Part shown: piece by piece, positions 59,701 to 64,000 of the stretch
Position numbering within the stretch: position 1 is the first letter of the stretch
Layout: each line of letters starts with the position of its first letter
DNA from: Mediterranea massiliensis
GTDB taxonomy: Bacteria; Bacteroidota; Bacteroidia; Bacteroidales; Bacteroidaceae
Length of the DNA stretch: 64,000 bases
Direction of reading: 5' to 3'
Assembly (NCBI GenBank): GCA_015060695.1
Contig: SUYA01000008.1
Location: 18,742 to 82,741 of the forward strand
Position numbers and translations under genes: made by a program
Notes under the pieces: model-generated
The model's database searches: none
What the model was told of the DNA's origin: nothing
What the model saw: the letters and a program-made list of their open reading frames with translations, nothing else

Positions 59701-60766
59701 AGAGGCTTTGCCTCATATTTTCGAACGTTATTATCAAGTAAACAGCGAGCATCAATCCGGTGGTTCGGGCATCGGATTGGCTTTAGTGAAGGGATTGGCC
59801 GATTTGCATCAAGCTACGTTGAAGGTTGATAGTAGAGTAGGAAAGGGTACTACCTTTGTTTTGCGACTGATTACAGAGAACAGCTATCCCAACGCATTAC
59901 ATGTATCACACTCCAAGCCAACCTTGGAACGAGTGACCTTTGACTTGCCAGAAGTGCCAGATGAGGAGGTTGAACCTGAAAAGCGGGCGGTGTTATTGGT
60001 GGTGGAAGACGACCAAGATATTTTGCAATACATCCGTCAGTCGTTAGGGCGTTATTACGATATGCTGACGGCTGAGAATGGACAGGAAGGTTGGGAAATG
60101 GTGCAACGATTCACACCGGATGTGGTGGTGAGTGATGTGGTAATGCCTATTATGGATGGTATAGAGTTGTGCAGACGTTTAAAAGAAAGCGAGGAGACCA
60201 ACCATATACCGGTCATCTTGTTATCGGCCAAGAATACTTCGAGCGACCGAGAGGAGGGATATAGTGCGAAAGTCGATTCTTATATGACCAAACCATTCAG
60301 CATGAAGCTGTTACAAAGTCGCATTGACAATTTGATAGAATCGCGTAAACAATTGGCTCCCCACACATTTGATTCGCCCACCTATTTCTTATTACCTCGT
60401 TTGAACGAAGCATTCGAAACGCTGAGTGCCGTAGATAAAGAATTCCTGCTGAAGTTGGCTGAGATTATTGAGGGACACTTATCGGTAGAAAAGATTGATG
60501 TGGGACTTATTTCCGAAAGGATGTTTATGAGTCACTCTACGATTTATCGTCGGGTGAAGTCGTTGTTAAGCATGAGTATCAACGAGTATATCAGGGCGGT
60601 GCAGATGGATAAAGTAATAAAACTATTGAAAACAGAACGATATACCATTTCTCAAATTGCCTCCATGACTGGGTTCAGAAACGTGGCTTACTTCCGTGTC
60701 TGCTTCAAGAGCGAATTTGGCATGATTCCCAGCGAATATCTTCAAAAACTGAAAGAGGAGGAGTGA
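56702..60766 (+). CDS. Hybrid two-component system sensor kinase/response regulator (HTCS2)
   Basis: Propeller repeats, Y_Y_Y domain, FYTNITHELRTPL, GSGIGL, receiver SDVVMP and AraC HTH. Confidence 0.96.
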   Translation: MRNRMRFIWLLIWISCNVSLSLQAQRRIIQLGVKDGMSNNYVVALERDDKGYIWIATESGLNRFDGTRFTIYNKNNSGLCNDALNCLLHDASRNCLWIGSQRDGISRFDYHSETFTTLSVSDGSIISNDIPFISSSADGGIWITHYHMGVQYFHPEKGVTEVYDKNRFPALAGPYWVAKEDGEGKLYIGTVHSGLAVVDLKRNTLQTFRHDPEDSSSLPGNEVYSICIDNSKNVWVGTNRGMALLNSQTGRFKVFRHQSERSSSLLPGTVYDIKQMQNGEIWFATNMGGVSILNMQDNTFTDPQHVVFRNLTVSNDEFGLSGPYVRRLMQDAYGNVWLGNYRDGLDFVGNDSQLFQILPYVNNRSPLFPYRQVWSLWMDKDDALWMGGEGELARYDASGTVESIPLPTWQTHPHAYVRALYGDKAGRLWVGTWEGGLFYYDKSSKRFERVSVDGRLPIDVRCFREDSSGKLWIGARDGIYSYADGRLQHEDALNKQMYDLLVQGLCFDHLGRLWVGTFGKGIHLFDTSGKLLLRHETANGFPSNAVNALYIDSKGRVWAATREGAVMFADMEKPESYTLFSPEHGLPNPQVRAFQEDRDGYMWISTNVGISRLDVAKKEFSNYNHCDGLPRGNYMDGAAVIDADGEIYFGSQNGVCSFSPSYLSELQPVAPVAITRFTVYDQQTESRYVETALPLSEGKVVLPNHWNAFNIAFNVMDYSQNRQVDFAYMLQGLDEVWYNTLEENQVSYRNVPPGNYTFKVRTRLRNQDWEADIAELDIVVRPPFYMTWYAKLFYFLLALVIVCYLLKIYKRRIELESNLQIERENSRNKQELNDERLRFYTNITHELRTPLTLILGPLEDLLNDKSLAEKHSKRIGLIYGSAIRLLGLINSILEFRRTETQNRKLAVSHGNLAGLVRELGVRYKELNRNERVSYQIFIEPEECYMLYDADMITTIVENLLSNAAKYTPEGTISLTMKVLEEEGVKYTEISVSDTGYGISEEALPHIFERYYQVNSEHQSGGSGIGLALVKGLADLHQATLKVDSRVGKGTTFVLRLITENSYPNALHVSHSKPTLERVTFDLPEVPDEEVEPEKRAVLLVVEDDQDILQYIRQSLGRYYDMLTAENGQEGWEMVQRFTPDVVVSDVVMPIMDGIELCRRLKESEETNHIPVILLSAKNTSSDREEGYSAKVDSYMTKPFSMKLLQSRIDNLIESRKQLAPHTFDSPTYFLLPRLNEAFETLSAVDKEFLLKLAEIIEGHLSVEKIDVGLISERMFMSHSTIYRRVKSLLSMSINEYIRAVQMDKVIKLLKTERYTISQIASMTGFRNVAYFRVCFKSEFGMIPSEYLQKLKEEE

Positions 60767-60863
60767 CACATAGCATTGAATTTACCTTTTATACGGTTGG
60801 AAAAAGGTTGAAAGCAGCGTTTATACCTCCAAAAACGGTTGTATTGCGTCTGTTTTGTGCGCC

Positions 60864-60985
60864 GAAACTATCTGTTTCTCTCCACGAAACAAAGTGTTTC
60901 AGCGCTTGAAACAAAGTGTTTCACCGTATGAAACAAACAGTTTTAAGTCATTGAAACAATCAGTTTCATACCAATGAAACAGATA
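60864..60985. repeat. Tandem array of six GAAAC-N5-GTTTC-type palindromes (last unit partial), period 22-23 bp
   Basis: GAAAC at 60864, 60886, 60908, 60930, 60953 and 60976. Confidence 0.88.
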
Positions 60986-61090
60986 ATTAGCTTGTTTTAC
61001 GGACAATAACAAAAAGGGTTGCGTGGCATTAAAATCACTAAAATAAAACTTCTATGCAGAAATAATAAGGAGAGATTGATGTATAAAAAG

Positions 61091-61120
61091 AAAAAGCCGT
61101 GCAAATGGTTTGCACGACTC
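61091..61120 (-). terminator. Terminator after tRNA-Gln
   Basis: Minus strand AGTCGTGCAAA-cca-TTTGCACGGCT-TTTT. Confidence 0.75.
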
Positions 61121-61134
61121 TAAAAAAGGAGGTG

Positions 61135-61205
61135 TTGGAGTACCAGGATTCGAACCTGGAATGACAGGACCAGAATCTGTAGTGTTACCATTACACCATA
61201 CTCCA
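61135..61205 (-). tRNA. tRNA-Gln(CTG)
   Basis: TGGAGTATGGTGTAATGG...ACAGA-TT-CTG-GT-CCTGT...GTTCGAATCCTGGTACTCCAA. A TATCTTTG -7 box lies at 61224-61231. Confidence 0.95.
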
Positions 61206-61361
61206 ATCTTCTGTTTTGCGGGGCAAAGATACGAAGAATTCGAGAAAAGCAAAGCGATGGAACTAAAAAAAATAAAAAAATGAAAGACTTTCCCCCCTTT
61301 TGCGTGTTTGATATAATAAATAGGTGTATATTTGCCAACCATTAATAGAAATGTATAGTAA

Positions 61362-61721
61362 ATGAACGGAACTAAAGAATTGATTCAACAAATTACAGAA
61401 GGTATTCAGGATAAGAAAGGAAAAGGCATTGTGGTGGCCGACCTGACTGAAATAGACGATACAATTTGTAACTATTTTATTGTCTGTCAAGGAAATTCAC
61501 CCAGCCAGGTGCTGGCCATAGTAGATGCCGTAAAAGAAGCAGCCCGTGAAGGAGTCGGTGTGAAGCCGATATCGGTAGATGGATTGAACAATGCAGAATG
61601 GGTGGCTATGGACTATGCCGATGTGTTAGTACATATCTTTCTGCCCGAACCCCGCCAATTCTATGACTTGGAACACTTATGGGCCGATGCCAAATTAACA
61701 AGAATTCCCGATATAGATTAA
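61362..61721 (+). CDS. rsfS: Ribosome silencing factor
   Basis: Motifs DKKG, WVAMDYADVLVHIF and FYDLEHLW. Confidence 0.95.
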   Translation: MNGTKELIQQITEGIQDKKGKGIVVADLTEIDDTICNYFIVCQGNSPSQVLAIVDAVKEAAREGVGVKPISVDGLNNAEWVAMDYADVLVHIFLPEPRQFYDLEHLWADAKLTRIPDID

Positions 61722-61724
61722 TGA

Positions 61725-63761
61725 ATGGATATGGAAAACAAACAGAACGAACATAAGAATTACGGCCAGCCGGGAAACAAAATGAATGTACCGAAGTTCA
61801 ACCTGAATTGGCTATATATGATAATATTGACCATGTTGGTCGTATTTTGGTTTACCAACGAGAATGCTGTTGGTAGCAAAAATGTATCTTACGACGTATT
61901 TCAAGAATATATCACTAAAGGATATGTCAGTAAGGTAATTGGCTTCGATGACAATTCAATTGAGGCATTCATCAAACCGCAACATGTAGCCGATGTATTT
62001 CAGAAAGACTCAAATGCGGTGGGAAGAAGCCCCATGGTGATTTCAGAAGCTCCTTCAAGAGAAAGTTTAGGCAACTTCTTAGAAAAACAGAAGGAAGAGA
62101 ACCACTTCGACGGTGCCATCAGTTATGAGAAGAAAGGCAATTTCTTCATGGCATTCTTGTTGCAAGTGTTGCCGTTTTTGCTCATCATCGGTTTCTTTGT
62201 ACTGATGTCACGCCGAATGGGTGGTGGTGGTATGGGTGGCGGCATTTTTAATGTAGGAAAGTCGAAAGCTCAACTTTTTGAAAAAGGAGGAGCCACTACC
62301 AAAGTAACCTTTAAGGATGTGGCCGGATTGGCCGGTGCCAAGCAAGAAGTAGAAGAGATAGTCGAATTCCTGCGCCATCCGCAACGATATACCGAATTGG
62401 GTGGAAAGATTCCCAAAGGAGCCCTGTTAGTAGGCCCGCCGGGAACCGGTAAAACACTATTGGCTAAAGCCGTAGCCGGCGAAGCCGATGTACCTTTTTT
62501 CTCATTGGCAGGTTCTGACTTTGTAGAAATGTTTGTCGGAGTAGGTGCTTCCAGAGTACGCGACCTCTTCCGTCAAGCCAAGGAAAAGGCACCCTGCATT
62601 GTCTTTATCGACGAGATAGATGCGGTAGGAAGGGCACGCTCTAAAACAACGGCAATGGGCGGAAACGATGAACGGGAAAGCACCTTGAACCAATTGCTGA
62701 CCGAAATGGATGGATTCGGCTCGAATAGTGGAATCATCATATTGGCCGCCACCAATCGGGTGGATGTGTTGGATAAAGCCCTGCTTCGTGCCGGACGTTT
62801 CGACAGACAGATTCATGTTGACTTGCCTGACTTGAACGAACGAAAGGAGGTCTTCGGGGTTCACTTGCGACCTATCAAGATAGACGAAACGGTAGATGTC
62901 GATTTGTTAGCCCGACAAACCCCCGGATTCTCAGGAGCCGATATAGCCAATGTCTGCAACGAAGCAGCATTGATAGCAGCCCGTCATGGCAAGCAGTTTG
63001 TAGGAAAACAAGACTTCCTAAATGCCGTAGACCGTATAGTGGGTGGATTGGAGAAGAAAACCAAAATAACAACCGAAGCCGAACGACGCTCCATTGCTAT
63101 CCACGAGGCTGGTCATGCCAGCATATCGTGGTTGTTAGAGCATGCCAATCCGTTAATTAAAGTGACGATTGTACCTCGTGGCAGGGCTTTGGGAGCCGCA
63201 TGGTATTTGCCCGAAGAACGACAAATCACCACTAAAGAGCAGATGCTCGATGAAATGTGTGCCACCTTAGGTGGTCGTGCGGCCGAAGATGTATTCTTGG
63301 GACGCATCTCTACTGGTGCCATGAACGACTTGGAGCGTGTGACCAAACAAGCTTATGGCATGATAGCTTATTTGGGAATGAGCGAAGCACTGCCCAATCT
63401 TTGTTATTATAACAATGAGGAATACTCCTTCAACCGTCCATACAGCGAAAAGACCGCCGAACTGATTGATTTGGAAGTGAAGCGAATGGTTAATGAACAA
63501 TATGAACGAGCCAAACAGATTTTACGTGATAATGCCAACGGTCATAACCAATTGTCCCGACTATTGATAGAACGAGAAGTGATTTTTGCCGAAGATGTAG
63601 AACAGATATTCGGCCCCCGTCCCTGGGCATCACGCTCCGAAGAGATTATTACGGCCAACAAAATTTCGGCAGAGCAGAAACAATTGGAAGCTTTGCAGGC
63701 CGAAAAGGCCGAAGAGGCGGAGAAGGAAGTAAAAGAAGAGGCCGAAGAAAATACCAAATAA
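61725..63761 (+). CDS. ftsH: ATP-dependent zinc metalloprotease FtsH
   Basis: Two TM helices, [15 protein letters not shown]-type Walker B, SRH and HEAGH. Confidence 0.98.
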   Translation: MDMENKQNEHKNYGQPGNKMNVPKFNLNWLYMIILTMLVVFWFTNENAVGSKNVSYDVFQEYITKGYVSKVIGFDDNSIEAFIKPQHVADVFQKDSNAVGRSPMVISEAPSRESLGNFLEKQKEENHFDGAISYEKKGNFFMAFLLQVLPFLLIIGFFVLMSRRMGGGGMGGGIFNVGKSKAQLFEKGGATTKVTFKDVAGLAGAKQEVEEIVEFLRHPQRYTELGGKIPKGALLVGPPGTGKTLLAKAVAGEADVPFFSLAGSDFVEMFVGVGASRVRDLFRQAKEKAPCIVFIDEIDAVGRARSKTTAMGGNDERESTLNQLLTEMDGFGSNSGIIILAATNRVDVLDKALLRAGRFDRQIHVDLPDLNERKEVFGVHLRPIKIDETVDVDLLARQTPGFSGADIANVCNEAALIAARHGKQFVGKQDFLNAVDRIVGGLEKKTKITTEAERRSIAIHEAGHASISWLLEHANPLIKVTIVPRGRALGAAWYLPEERQITTKEQMLDEMCATLGGRAAEDVFLGRISTGAMNDLERVTKQAYGMIAYLGMSEALPNLCYYNNEEYSFNRPYSEKTAELIDLEVKRMVNEQYERAKQILRDNANGHNQLSRLLIEREVIFAEDVEQIFGPRPWASRSEEIITANKISAEQKQLEALQAEKAEEAEKEVKEEAEENTK

Positions 63762-63772
63762 ATATGTAGCTT

Positions 63773-64000
63773 ATGAAGAACTTTATCCAACGCGCCATTA
63801 CCGGTGTACTGTTTGTTGTTATCTTGGCGGGCTGCCTGCTGTATAGCCCCCTTTCTTTCGGAGTGCTTTTCACCTTGATAGCAGCTCTAAGTGTTCATGA
63901 ATTTGCCACATTGGTCAATCAATATGCTGGTGTTTCAATGAACAGAACTATCGCTTCGTTGGGAGCCGCCTATTTGGTATTGGCCTTTATGAGCTACTGT
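63773..64000 (+). CDS. cdsA: Phosphatidate cytidylyltransferase, N-terminal part (runs off the window)
   Basis: My translation is MKNFIQRAITGVLFVVILAG...HEF. The rsfS-ftsH-cdsA order is typical of Bacteroidetes. Confidence 0.8.
   Translation, partial: MKNFIQRAITGVLFVVILAGCLLYSPLSFGVLFTLIAALSVHEFATLVNQYAGVSMNRTIASLGAAYLVLAFMSYC

Noticed and set aside
40500-61205. Integrative element at tRNA-Gln
   Set aside because: No integrase or mobility genes, and no duplicated tRNA 3' end at the left boundary.
61052-61342. ORFs spanning 61052-61342 and 61120-61338
   Set aside because: They overlap tRNA-Gln and its promoter, so they are spurious.

Overview
Bacteroidaceae-type (Bacteroides/Phocaeicola-like) chromosomal window. 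It starts with the end of a SusD/lipoprotein locus. About 38 kb of housekeeping genes follow: hflX, DUF4954, fumarate hydratase, an RND efflux operon whose adaptor is frameshifted, rsgA, frr, pyrH, MATE, birA, tadA, pssA/psd, dnaE, trxA, tsaE, aroA, tRNA-Pro, aroB, an outer-membrane barrel protein, rsmA, mgtE and DUF349. Next is a ~20 kb accessory block (40.6-60.8 kb) with two SusC/SusD pairs, two hybrid two-component systems (HTCS) and only one CAZyme-like gene, a GH43_24 homologue that appears catalytically dead. The window ends with tRNA-Gln, rsfS, ftsH and the start of cdsA. The most unusual signal is non-coding: a ~240-285 bp element present twice in inverted orientation (16821-17105, 40277-40515). 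It carries four 18-bp palindromes (AACTACCTATAGGTAGTT) at an exact 22-bp period and an IHF-consensus box exactly 34 bp away. Two unrelated palindrome families with the same ~22-bp period also occur (60864-60985, 16779-16815). Other points of interest are a near-identical 5' cassette shared by the two otherwise divergent susC genes and candidate HTCS operators that suggest a regulatory cascade. All calls come from reading the sequence and recalled family motifs. No searches were run.
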